DNA of 59,291 nt, taken from positions 1 through 59,291 of the forward strand of contig DAIENX010000091.1 in NCBI GenBank assembly GCA_027340875.1, given 5' to 3'. Source of the stretch: Elusimicrobiota bacterium (GTDB taxonomy: Bacteria > Elusimicrobiota > Elusimicrobia > Elusimicrobiales > UBA9959). Position 1 is the first letter of the stretch; each line of letters opens with the position of its first letter. Positions 41,722 through 51,313 of this stretch are shown here, piece by piece. The notes beneath the pieces were generated by a model, which did no database searches, was not told where the DNA came from, and worked only from the letters and a program-made list of their open reading frames with translations. Made by a program: the position numbers and the translations under genes.

Positions 41722-43206
41722 ATGAACGACGATAACAAGAAGAAAGAGAAAAAGGGCGGGTTCCTCTCGTCTCTTTCCAACCTCTTCGGCGGCGGCGGCT
41801 CATCGGCGATGGGCGGCGCTTCCTCCGGCCTGGGCTCTGCCGGCGGACTCGGCGGGCTTTTCGCCACCAAGGCCGGAATAGTAGGCATGGTGCTGGGCGG
41901 AGCGACGTTGGCCGCCGGTGTCGGCGTTGTGTACAACTTCATCGGCCCCTCCTCCAAGCCAGTGTACAACCCCGACCTTTTCCAGAACAGCTACTACGAG
42001 GAAGAGGCCTCCAAGGCCGGCGAGCAGCGGGCCATGTCCCGCGACGCCTCGGCCGCGGCCTCGTCCACCCTGGACATGTTCCGCGAGCAGGCCAAGAAGG
42101 ACGGGCTTTCGCTGGGTAGCGAGGGCGGCGGCTCGTCCGGGGGCTCTTCGGACGGCTCCGCTCCGCAGGACGCCTCCGCTGACGCTTCGGCCGCGGCGCC
42201 TGATGCCGCGGGCGCTGCGGGCGGCGCCGACGGTGGCGTCGGTGCTGCCGGAGCTGGCGGCCCTAAGCTGCAGAAGCATGCCGGCTTCGGCGGCGGTTCC
42301 GGCGGCGGCTCCGGAACCTCTATACCGAGGATGCAGACCGGCGGCGGACTCAGCGGCGGCATAGGCGCCAAGTTCCAGCCCGTCTACAGGCCTCCGGTGC
42401 AGGCCAACGGCGGCAATCTCTCCGGTATGACCGCTTCCGCGGCCAGGCTGAAGAACGCTCCCAAGTACTCGGTCCCCAACGTCAACAGGAAGGGCGCGTA
42501 CGGCCAGGCCAAGTTCGCCAATAAGATGGGTTCAAAGGCCGCCTTCTCGGCCGACGCGGCGGGCGCCAGGACCAGCGCCGAGACCGCCTTCTCCGGCGAG
42601 ACCAGCGGCAGCGGCGACGTAGGCACCCCAGGCACCGGTGCGGGCCTCGGCGGAGCCGGCGTTACGGACGGGGCCGCGCTCAAGGGGAACGACCCCAGCC
42701 TTAACTCCAACGAGTCCACTCCTCCCAAGGTTCCGGAACATAAGGACGTGGACCCCTGGCAGGAATATGAAGACATGGCCATGGACAGCATGATGTGGGC
42801 TGCCGGTCTTATCCTCATCACCAAGCTGCTCGGGAAATTGGCTAAAACGGTCCCGTTCGTCTACTATCTGGCCGTTGCTACCGCTTTAGCGGCCATCTTC
42901 TACGCCTTGAAGGTAGTCTATGCCGGCTACAAGATGATGACGGAGTTCGGCCAGAAGATGATGGGCGGAATATATATGGCTGTCGGTCTGATGCTTGTTT
43001 ACCAGGCCTGGGAGGCCCTGTGCGGCCTGGAGCAGGGGGCGAGCGATGCCGACACGAAGAGCCTGAACGGAGAGAAGTACAATGCTGACAATCCGGCCAA
43101 GGCCGGCACTACCGGGAAAGTCGATGGCACGACATATACTGCGGACGGGAAGGGTGGCTGGACCACCAAGCCCATGGGCGACTATAGCATTGGGAAACTG
43201 TGGTAA
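41722..43206 (+). CDS. Membrane-anchored Gly/Ser-rich array protein 3
   Basis: KKKEKKGG, TM, STLDMFRE, KGAYGQAK, LKGNDPSL and KDVDPW, then about 3 hydrophobic helices; GGAGG RBS. Confidence 0.85.
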   Translation: MNDDNKKKEKKGGFLSSLSNLFGGGGSSAMGGASSGLGSAGGLGGLFATKAGIVGMVLGGATLAAGVGVVYNFIGPSSKPVYNPDLFQNSYYEEEASKAGEQRAMSRDASAAASSTLDMFREQAKKDGLSLGSEGGGSSGGSSDGSAPQDASADASAAAPDAAGAAGGADGGVGAAGAGGPKLQKHAGFGGGSGGGSGTSIPRMQTGGGLSGGIGAKFQPVYRPPVQANGGNLSGMTASAARLKNAPKYSVPNVNRKGAYGQAKFANKMGSKAAFSADAAGARTSAETAFSGETSGSGDVGTPGTGAGLGGAGVTDGAALKGNDPSLNSNESTPPKVPEHKDVDPWQEYEDMAMDSMMWAAGLILITKLLGKLAKTVPFVYYLAVATALAAIFYALKVVYAGYKMMTEFGQKMMGGIYMAVGLMLVYQAWEALCGLEQGASDADTKSLNGEKYNADNPAKAGTTGKVDGTTYTADGKGGWTTKPMGDYSIGKLW

Positions 43207-43235
43207 GGATATAAGAGGGGCTTTCGGGAGGCGTT

Positions 43236-44744
43236 ATGAGCGAGAATCTGCCTGAAATAGGTTTCAAGGAAAAGAAAGAGAAGAAGCGCGGCATTGGCGG
43301 CTGGCTCCGTCAGAGGCTGGGCTTCGGCTCCCGCGGCGGCGCGATGGGCGAGGCGGGGATCAATCCGTCGGCGATGAACGCCGCCAAGTTCGGCCGCGCC
43401 GCCTTCGGCGCCGGCAAGCTCGGGGCTTCTTCCGCCGGCGGCTTCGCCGGTCTGCTGGCCGGCAAGGCAGGCATGCTGATCACCGCGGCCCTGGTGGCCG
43501 TGGCCGGCGGCATGTACGTGGCCCGCAACTCTCCCACCGCTCCCAGTACCGGCTCCTCCGCCTTCAGCTCCGGCCAGTCCAAGGACAACTATGTCCCCGC
43601 TATACTGAGGAACCAGGCCGCCAACCAGGGCTCCTCGCTGGACATGTTCAAGGAGACCAACAAGGGCGCGGTCTCAATGGAAGAGGCCCCGGCCAAGCCT
43701 GCGGGGCCCCCCAAGGACGCCGCTCCCAAGGACGCCTCCGGGGAGGAACCCCAGACCGCCGAGCCGGCTCCCCCCGGCGGGGATAACATGGCCCAGGACA
43801 TGATGGCCAAGCTGCAGGGCGGCAACATGGCCTCGCTGACCAGCCAGCTGGGCGGCGGCTCCAACAACATGTCCAACTTCGGCGGCTTCTCGAACAAGTA
43901 CGGCCAGGGCTCTATGGGCCCCAAGACCGGCTTTACTTCCGGCATCGGCGCCGGCTTCTCCTCCATGCCCAAGTTCGACCAGCGCAAGAGCAAGATGCTG
44001 GCCATGAAGGGCGGCGCCCGCCCCGTGTTCGGCGGCGCCAAGGCCGGCAGCAAAGGCACCATAGGCAAGGGAGCTTTTAATCAGGCCAAGGGAATGCGGG
44101 CGATACAGAAGTCCTATACCGGTAACAGCATAGACGGCGCCCGCTCCACGCAGGACAAGGCCTGGGAGGGGACTACCGGGGAAGGCGACGCTTCGGGCGG
44201 CGCCGGCTTGAGCGACGGCGGCGCCGGCATAGTCACCTCGCCCTCGCTGGACAACGCGGACGGCATGCACGGCGGCGGCGCTCTCGGCAACGGCACGGAC
44301 CCGGGGACCCCTACCACTCCGGACGTCCCCAAGGATGTCAGCCCGTGGGCCGATCTGCTGGCACAGTCCATGCAGTCCCTGCTGATGGCGGCCCTGCTGG
44401 CCTATATAGGCGGCAAGCTCTGTAAGATCGGCCTCGACGGCATGAAGAAGTCGAGCTTCTGGCCCTTCATCGGCTACCTGATCGTCTACATCATCGGCGC
44501 CGTCATGTGCCTCTATGCGCTCAAACTGAGCGTAGACGCTCTTAATAACGGCATGTCGCTGATAAACGATTATGGCCAGAAGCTGCTGGGCACGGCGTAC
44601 GTGATAGGCGGCGTCATGGGCATTATCAATTCGATAATGGGCTTGATGGGCCAGACGCAGGGCGTGGCCGGCTTCACGATGGGCTGGATGAGCGCCGTCA
44701 TGGCCATGATAGGCGCGGTGGGAGGCATGATGGGCGGCAAATAA
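43236..44744 (+). CDS. Membrane-anchored Gly/Ser-rich array protein 4
   Basis: KEKKEKKRG, TM, SSLDMFKE, KGAFNQAK and KDVSPW, then about 4 hydrophobic helices; GGAGG RBS. Confidence 0.85.
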   Translation: MSENLPEIGFKEKKEKKRGIGGWLRQRLGFGSRGGAMGEAGINPSAMNAAKFGRAAFGAGKLGASSAGGFAGLLAGKAGMLITAALVAVAGGMYVARNSPTAPSTGSSAFSSGQSKDNYVPAILRNQAANQGSSLDMFKETNKGAVSMEEAPAKPAGPPKDAAPKDASGEEPQTAEPAPPGGDNMAQDMMAKLQGGNMASLTSQLGGGSNNMSNFGGFSNKYGQGSMGPKTGFTSGIGAGFSSMPKFDQRKSKMLAMKGGARPVFGGAKAGSKGTIGKGAFNQAKGMRAIQKSYTGNSIDGARSTQDKAWEGTTGEGDASGGAGLSDGGAGIVTSPSLDNADGMHGGGALGNGTDPGTPTTPDVPKDVSPWADLLAQSMQSLLMAALLAYIGGKLCKIGLDGMKKSSFWPFIGYLIVYIIGAVMCLYALKLSVDALNNGMSLINDYGQKLLGTAYVIGGVMGIINSIMGLMGQTQGVAGFTMGWMSAVMAMIGAVGGMMGGK

Positions 44745-44863
44745 GCTCCGGGACGTACGGAGGCCGTCGCGGACCGGCGGCCCCGGATATGCCGCTGAAG
44801 TTTTTGGTAAGGGTGTCTAGGATATTCTATTTCCATGGGCCGGTCAGGCCATATGGAGGTTAT

Positions 44864-46390
44864 ATGGGTAGCAAGTTCATATAGAAACACAAACGCAAGT
44901 CGGTACTGGCGGCGCTGCTGTTCATTTTCCAGGGCAAGGCCAAGTACATCACCATACTGCTGACCGTCACCGTGTTTTCCATCCCCTTCGTGATCTCCGG
45001 AGAGACCTTCGACCGGATGGTGACCTTCGCTCCCGTGGCCTCCGCGCTCCGGGCCCTGGGCATGGACAGCGTGGTCTCGTCCCTGAACCCCAAATACTCC
45101 AACGACCTTCTGAAGGCCGCGCTGAACAAGGCGGCCGAGGACAGCAAGCAGGATTCTTTCTGGCAGAAATTCCTCAAAAGCATGAACGCCTCCCTGCCTC
45201 CGGGCGGAGGCCCCTCCTCCATAGCCATGGTGAAGGGCGGGGGGGACGACCTGTTCGGCCCCCCTGAGGTGAAGGACGCCAAGGGTGAGAAGGCCAGGGG
45301 CCCGGGCGAGGTCAAGGGCGCCGTTAACGAGGAGGAGCGCGAGCGCGGCGATACCGGCGACGGCGTGGACCTGCAGGGGATGCTGGCCGGCAGTGCCGAC
45401 GGCATGTCTGGCCTTTATGATTCCATGGGCCAGAACCTGGCGGCCAGCTTCTCCGGCGGCTCCGGCATGAGCGCCGGCCCCTACATGAACCGCACTATGT
45501 TCACCAGCCGCAACGGCGCGGACGCCGGCGGCGGCGCGGCCATCTACGACAAGGCCGTTAAGCACTCCTCCGTCGGAGAGGTCCCCGTCCCGAACGCCGT
45601 GGGCAAGCCCCGCTCCAAGAAGATGGGGCGCGTCTCCGGCTTCGCCTGGAAGAACGTCGGCTATAACCGCAACCAGAGCGCGGCGCTCACCAAGATCGGC
45701 TCCAAGCGGCCCATGTTCCAGCTGGCCGAAACCTTCACTATGACCGGCGCCGCGGCGAAATCGCATGATTCCGCCTACGAGTACCAGAAATCTTACGTCG
45801 GCAGCACCTACGACGGTAACGATACCGGCGCCGACGCCATGGAAACGGACGCCGACTCGCCTACCGTGCCTCCGGACGCCGGGTTCACCGACGGCCTGAT
45901 GCTGGGGGCCGGCGACCTGCAGAAGCAGGCGGATCAGTGCTCGGCAGCGGAGGGCACCAACGGCGCCAAGATGTCAGAGGACGGCGACAAGATGTCCAAG
46001 ATCAAGGACAGCATGGGCAGCCCGCCTTCGTGCTGCAGCGGCGGCGTGGGCGCCTGGAACGCCAAGGTGGACCAGCTCGTCAGCCTCTGCCACGACTATA
46101 ACGCCAACGACGCCATCCTGGCTGGCAAATGCCAGACCAGCACCAAGCCGCAGAACTGCGGGTCTTACGCCGGCATGCACATAAATCCGTGCTCATGGTG
46201 GTCATGTTTCCTGGCCATAATCCTGATGATCATCCTGGGCGGCATCTTCGGCGTGTTCGGCTCGATAGCCGTGGCCGCCGTGATCGGCGGCTCTTCAATG
46301 GGACTTTTCGGAGATAAGATGAACAGTTTCGTGGAGAACATGATCGGTTATATCGCTTCTGGAGGCAAGAGCGATCAGGGCGGCCAGTGA
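44864..46390 (+). pseudogene. Array protein 5 with an in-frame TAG at codon 7
   Basis: GGAGG RBS then ATG 44864: MGSKFI-TAG-KHKRKSVLAALLFIF, in frame with ORF 44972-46390; Cys-rich region and hydrophobic C-terminal hairpin. May be an intact gene with a sequence error. Confidence 0.72.
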
Positions 46391-46465
46391 GGCTAGGCCC
46401 GGCGCCGGAGGCGCGGCAGTTCTCCGGTGGGGAACACAGATCTTAAGCCCGCGGTAAGAGCCAGT

Positions 46466-46546
46466 CCGGAATAAGGTTCCGGTGTCGCAACTGAGCTTGG
46501 CTGCGAGCGACCGTCGAGGAGTATGGTGCGTGGAACTTTATTCCGG
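46466..46546. repeat. Intergenic inverted-repeat element
   Basis: CCGGAATAAGGTTCC and GGAACTTTATTCCGG (14/15 inverted match) flank about 50 bp; followed by hairpin CCGCC-CGAAA-GGCGG. Confidence 0.55.
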
Positions 46547-46746
46547 GACCGCCCGAAAGGCGGACGGCTTTGCCGGGGGTTTTTTTGGGCCCCGCCGGAG
46601 GGGCCAAAGGGCCCAGCAGTATAGGGGACCATTGACACTTGGCCCGGGACGGAGTTTAAGGTAGAGTATAGTCGGAGAAATATGCCGGGGCCCGAGCCCC
46701 ATATATCAGTAGGCGGAATTACAAACCAGGTATTCGGAGGCAGTAT

Positions 46747-49700
46747 ATGAGCTTCTACAATAAGGACGAAAAAAAGGCTGGCGGTCCGGCGTTGCCGGGG
46801 TCGCCGTTCAAGAAAGCTTCCGCCTTCGGCAAGACGCCGATGTTCTCCCGCGCCGCGGGCGGCTTGATCGACAGGCTCAAGAACCTCTCCAAGAGGGACA
46901 TGGCCTTCGTCGGCATTGGCCTCAGCGTGCTCGTGATGGCGCCCGTCGCCGAATACATGATGTCGCAGCCGGTGCAGGACCCGATGCTGACCGCCAGCGG
47001 CTTCGGCAGCCGCGAGGGTTCCGCCAACGGCCTCTACGAGCCCGGCATCAACGGGCTGAGCACCGGCTCGCCCGACGGCGCCGGCGAGGTCATAACCCCT
47101 CTCAGCTCGCGCGACCCGGCCTCCCTGATACTCGGCGCCGAGCCGGCCCAGGCGCCGGTCCCGTCGGCCGCCCCGGCCGCCCCGCCCAGCGGCAGCTGGC
47201 GCGACGCTATGGCCGATTCCGGCCGCGCCGCCTTCAGCGCCGCCGCCAAGTCCGCCGGCGCGCCTACCCCGATCAACAGGATGCAGGGCATGCTGCGCAC
47301 CGTCTCCTCGTTCACTGACGGCGGCGGCAGCAGCAGCCGCACCACCGGCACGCTCGGCGGCGGCAACATAATCGAAAAGGCCAAGTCCGCCTCCTCCAAG
47401 GCCGCCGCCCGCTCCATGGTGGGCCCGGTAGCTATGGCCGGCTACAAGGGCGTGGCCTCCAATACCCCGAACAGCGCCTCCAAGGGCGCGTTCGAGAAGC
47501 TCCGCTCCGCTGCCGACAAGTCCGCGAGCAACTTCTCCGGCGGCTCCGCGATGAACTCGCTGGACAAGGCCGCGGCCGACGCCGTGGAGATAGGCAAGGG
47601 CGCGGGCGGGATAGGCGCCCTGGGCAACGGCGATGAAATAAAGGGCGGCAAGGATTACGACAACAAGTACACCCACCAGCGCTCCGGCGAGTCCCTCGCC
47701 GAGATGGCGCAGAAGCAGCGCCTGAACAAGGCGCTCGAGTGGGAGTTCTTCAAGAAGTACGAGATCCCCAAGCAGATCATCAACGCCGTGGTGGGCGCCA
47801 TAGCCAAGGAACTGGGCGACGCCGTGGGCGGCGCGGTGCACGGCGTGCTGAACCCCAGCGGCCCGGCGGCCCCGAAGCTCTACTGCTGGAAGAGGGAGGC
47901 GACTGGCTGGACCAATACGCATCTGCTGAAGTCCGATTGTTTCGACAAGGACGGGAAACTTTCCGCAGCCTGCTCGGACTGCCACTTCCTGACCGCTGAC
48001 TGCAATCCCGGCACGAACGGGGAGTGCTCCGGCGGCGGGACTCCTCCCCCTGCCGGCGGCGGTCAGCAGGGCGGCGCTCATGGCGACCCCTACCATTCCC
48101 CGGCCCCGACCTGGCCCACTGAGGATATCTCCAAATTCGACGGCTATCTGAAACAGTTCAGGCTGGATATCAAGGCTGCGGCCGACAAGCACAACCGCCC
48201 CGGAGAGTTCACCGAGGCCGGTTACGCCCTCAGTAAGGAATTCAATGACATGACCGGGCGGAGTTCCAAGGACAATTCCTTCGCAGTGGTCCTGAATAAC
48301 CTGCAGAAAAAAGCCGGTGAGTTCGATAAAGCGCAGGGGCTCTACGCAGGGGAAGTGGACTCGGCTTCCTCCTACCGGGACCAGGTGAAGCAGAGCAATT
48401 CGGCCTTGAGGGAAACGATACAGAAAAAGATCGACAGCCCCGAAGAGCTGGCAAAGATAGCCGCCCGCATGAATACGGGCAATGGCAAAGACGCCACTAT
48501 CCCTCAAGGTAAGGCTGTCGAGACCAAGGGCGCCGACCTCAGCGGTCCTACGCAGGCCCTGACGAAGCTCCGCGACGAGCTGGATGATAACGCCAAGGCT
48601 ATGGATATATTCAAGCCTAAGCTGGAGTTCCTGGACCGTTCCAAGGCGTTCTTCGCCGACCAGGCCAAGCAGATGTCGGCCGCTGTTGGAGAACTGCAGA
48701 CCGGTAACGGCAAGTTCGAATCGGAACTCTCCGGAGGCCCGGTCCCCGGCGCCGAAGGCGGTCCGCTATCGATATTCAAAACCTATAATGACGAGTTCAG
48801 CAAGCCGGACTCGAAATTCAAGCCCACCGAAGAGGACCTGAAGAAGCTGGCCAACGCCTTCAACACCCTCACCGGCTTCCCGGTGGAGGTGGACGGCGCC
48901 GCTCCCGCGGATCAGAAAACAGAGGAAACCATGACGGGGCGGCTGCTCGTGATGCGCGGAGCCGATTCCGAAGCCTATTACAAGAAGTCCGCTATCGACG
49001 ACACCAAGTTCAGGGACGAGAAGAGCGACCTGTCGGAGGCGGCCGTCTGGCCTCCGGTCAGCGTCAAGAAGAAGTACTTCCTGAACAAGATGGAAGGCGA
49101 ACCGACGCTGGCGCCGCAGCTGACGCAAGAGCGCAAGGTAACGCCGGTGCTGAACATCCGCATCGCCGATGAACTGACGGACGAAGTGGAGGCGATGAAG
49201 AACCAGATCAAGGAGCTAAAGGAGCAGGACATCCATGGCGCGGAGAACAAGGTCGCGGATGTAAAGAAGAGGCTGGATGCCCTCACCGGCGAGGGGACTC
49301 AGCCTGCCAACAATCCGCCGACCAACAATCCGCCGACTAACAACCCGCCGACGAATAATCCGCCGGTCGACAACGGCAACGGGAATAACGCCGCGGGCGC
49401 CGGCAATACCGCCATAACCAAGGCCGACACTGTGCTGCAGTCCGCCGATCCGATGATCAGCGACAACCAGCGCATCTATGATGGTCTTATCGCGAATAAG
49501 CACAACTGCACTTCCCAGGTCTGCAAGACCCAACTGGGTATTGCGGAAACTGAAATGGCGAACATGAAGAAGCTCCGGAGCGAGATAGCGACGCTGAGAG
49601 ATGATGCCGCCAAACCCGGCGCCGATATCGCCGCCATAGAGAGGCAGATAGGCGACAAACAGCGCGCGCTGGCCGCGTCAGACGAGAGGTTCGACGCCGC

Positions 49701-50547
49701 TGCCGCTATCGTGGCAAAACGCGAAGGCATTCCCAGCTCTACCGGCAACAACCATAACGGGAATAACGGGAATAATGGGAATAACGGCAACGGGCATAAC
49801 AACCCCCCGCCGCAGAACAACCATGCCAAGCCCACGCCTCCGCCCAACGTGATAAACACCGTGGTCCTCTATAACGGCCCGGCCACCATAAAGGCCTGGG
49901 ACAAGAAGGGCCGGGCCATCATGTACTGGGCCTGCCCCAACGGCAAGATCACGAAGAAGCCGTTCTATCAGAGGGCCGGTCAGTACGCCCTCAGCATGGT
50001 AGGCGGCCCGCTGGTCTCCACGTTCTACGGCGGCTACGTGCTCTTCGGCGACGACCCGCGCGTCGACAACAACTGCTCCACCGGCTGGAAGCAGCAGCAG
50101 GCCACCATCAAGGTGGAGGACTTCTCCCTGGCACCGCTCGGCAAGGTCCCCAGCCCCGCGCAGAGGAAACTCGGCAATATCCCCGTCTATCAGGAACAGG
50201 TTTGGATAGGGGATACCCAGAAGCTGCCGCAGACCGTCGGCACCGAGGCGCGCTGGGCCAGGGAGAACTGGAGCGTGCTGAAGCGCGGCCATTACGAGAT
50301 GGACATCGACGTGGTCTGCGAATGGAACGAGACCCGCAAGCGCTGGGAGTTCAAAGAGGTCGGCATGACCCACGGCACGGCTGAATCCTCCGACGCCTAC
50401 GGCGTGGAAGCCGGCGTGAGCGCCGGCATCAAGGTGGTGGACGTGGACGTCAAGGCCAGCTACCACCACGAGCAGCGGCAGTTCAACTACGGCGTGAAGA
50501 CGGACTACACCAGGCCGGCCGGCTTCGCCGGAATGGAATGTAAGTAA
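46747..50547 (+). CDS. Large (1266 aa) membrane-anchored array protein 6
   Basis: KDEKKAGG, TM, Gly/Ser linker, KGAFEKLRSA, Cys-rich module, helical regions, NNPPT and NNG repeats, beta-rich C-terminus; GGAGG RBS. Confidence 0.88.
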   Translation: MSFYNKDEKKAGGPALPGSPFKKASAFGKTPMFSRAAGGLIDRLKNLSKRDMAFVGIGLSVLVMAPVAEYMMSQPVQDPMLTASGFGSREGSANGLYEPGINGLSTGSPDGAGEVITPLSSRDPASLILGAEPAQAPVPSAAPAAPPSGSWRDAMADSGRAAFSAAAKSAGAPTPINRMQGMLRTVSSFTDGGGSSSRTTGTLGGGNIIEKAKSASSKAAARSMVGPVAMAGYKGVASNTPNSASKGAFEKLRSAADKSASNFSGGSAMNSLDKAAADAVEIGKGAGGIGALGNGDEIKGGKDYDNKYTHQRSGESLAEMAQKQRLNKALEWEFFKKYEIPKQIINAVVGAIAKELGDAVGGAVHGVLNPSGPAAPKLYCWKREATGWTNTHLLKSDCFDKDGKLSAACSDCHFLTADCNPGTNGECSGGGTPPPAGGGQQGGAHGDPYHSPAPTWPTEDISKFDGYLKQFRLDIKAAADKHNRPGEFTEAGYALSKEFNDMTGRSSKDNSFAVVLNNLQKKAGEFDKAQGLYAGEVDSASSYRDQVKQSNSALRETIQKKIDSPEELAKIAARMNTGNGKDATIPQGKAVETKGADLSGPTQALTKLRDELDDNAKAMDIFKPKLEFLDRSKAFFADQAKQMSAAVGELQTGNGKFESELSGGPVPGAEGGPLSIFKTYNDEFSKPDSKFKPTEEDLKKLANAFNTLTGFPVEVDGAAPADQKTEETMTGRLLVMRGADSEAYYKKSAIDDTKFRDEKSDLSEAAVWPPVSVKKKYFLNKMEGEPTLAPQLTQERKVTPVLNIRIADELTDEVEAMKNQIKELKEQDIHGAENKVADVKKRLDALTGEGTQPANNPPTNNPPTNNPPTNNPPVDNGNGNNAAGAGNTAITKADTVLQSADPMISDNQRIYDGLIANKHNCTSQVCKTQLGIAETEMANMKKLRSEIATLRDDAAKPGADIAAIERQIGDKQRALAASDERFDAAAAIVAKREGIPSSTGNNHNGNNGNNGNNGNGHNNPPPQNNHAKPTPPPNVINTVVLYNGPATIKAWDKKGRAIMYWACPNGKITKKPFYQRAGQYALSMVGGPLVSTFYGGYVLFGDDPRVDNNCSTGWKQQQATIKVEDFSLAPLGKVPSPAQRKLGNIPVYQEQVWIGDTQKLPQTVGTEARWARENWSVLKRGHYEMDIDVVCEWNETRKRWEFKEVGMTHGTAESSDAYGVEAGVSAGIKVVDVDVKASYHHEQRQFNYGVKTDYTRPAGFAGMECK
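49309..49368 (+). repeat. Coding tandem repeat, 4 x 15 bp (NNPPT)
   Basis: AAYAAYCCGCCGACN units; last unit ends in GTC. Confidence 0.9.
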
Positions 50548-50563
50548 GAGGGTATCCCGCCCC

Positions 50564-50603
50564 AAAAAGAACGCCCCCGGTAACCCCGGGGGCGTTTTTA
50601 TTT
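50564..50603 (+). terminator. Intrinsic terminator closing the array
   Basis: AACGCCCCCGG / CCGGGGGCGTT stem with T-tract. Confidence 0.85.
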
Positions 50604-50740
50604 GATGCGGATCATGGGTCTTAAGGCCTATTAAATATATGGACCTATGGCCCTATTTGAAAAGCCGCAGTTCTGGTAGTATTAAAGATACTGTAGCCGC
50701 AAATTTGATGATTTGCGGCATGTTTTAAGGGGGGGAAACA

Positions 50741-51313
50741 ATGAATAAACGAACGACACTGTCCGCGGGGCTGATAGTGGTATTCCTGTTCTCGTACGCT
50801 AAAGCCGCTGATACGAACGCATCCGCTAAGCCGGCTGAACAGGCCGGAACTTCCAAGTCTGAAGCCACGGAAATCCCTTCCCGCGTGGACCTGATGAAAG
50901 GAACGGATACATCCCCTGAAGATGTGCAGAGATGTAAGGACAGGTGTGACAGGCACTATTCTTCTTGTACGGACAGTGTCCGTGATAAGTTCCTTAAAGC
51001 AGAGGATGATTGTAGGTCTGATTACGACAGTTCTTATGATAAATGTGAAGATACCCGTCAGGATGATATGGGTACTTGCCGCGACAAATTAGATAAGTGC
51101 GAGAGTAACTGCGACAAAGACGATGTGAAATGCCGCAACCAGTGCACCGATGATGACGCCGACTGTAAAAGTGATGCATATCGTACCTTTGATTCCTGCA
51201 AGAGTGACGCTCAAAGCGACAAGAAGAGCTGCTTGGATGATGCCAAGGATTCCAAGGATGATGGGGATTCTGACTGCAAACGGGATAAGGATGATTGTGA
51301 GGCCGATTGCTGA
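50741..51313 (+). CDS. Secreted Asp/Cys-rich protein with 16 Cys in mirror-symmetric spacing
   Basis: Signal peptide (..SYAKA); visibly lower GC than its flanks. Confidence 0.82.
   Translation: MNKRTTLSAGLIVVFLFSYAKAADTNASAKPAEQAGTSKSEATEIPSRVDLMKGTDTSPEDVQRCKDRCDRHYSSCTDSVRDKFLKAEDDCRSDYDSSYDKCEDTRQDDMGTCRDKLDKCESNCDKDDVKCRNQCTDDDADCKSDAYRTFDSCKSDAQSDKKSCLDDAKDSKDDGDSDCKRDKDDCEADC

Noticed and set aside
24206..44884. Stop-codon reassignment or pyrrolysine read-through to explain the in-frame stops
   Set aside because: The two stops are different codons (TAA, TAG) at inferred Tyr and Glu sites, and both codons end normal genes in the window.
49309..49800. Short tandem repeats as a CRISPR array
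   Set aside because: They are in-frame coding repeats (NNPPT, NNG) with no unique spacers and no cas genes.
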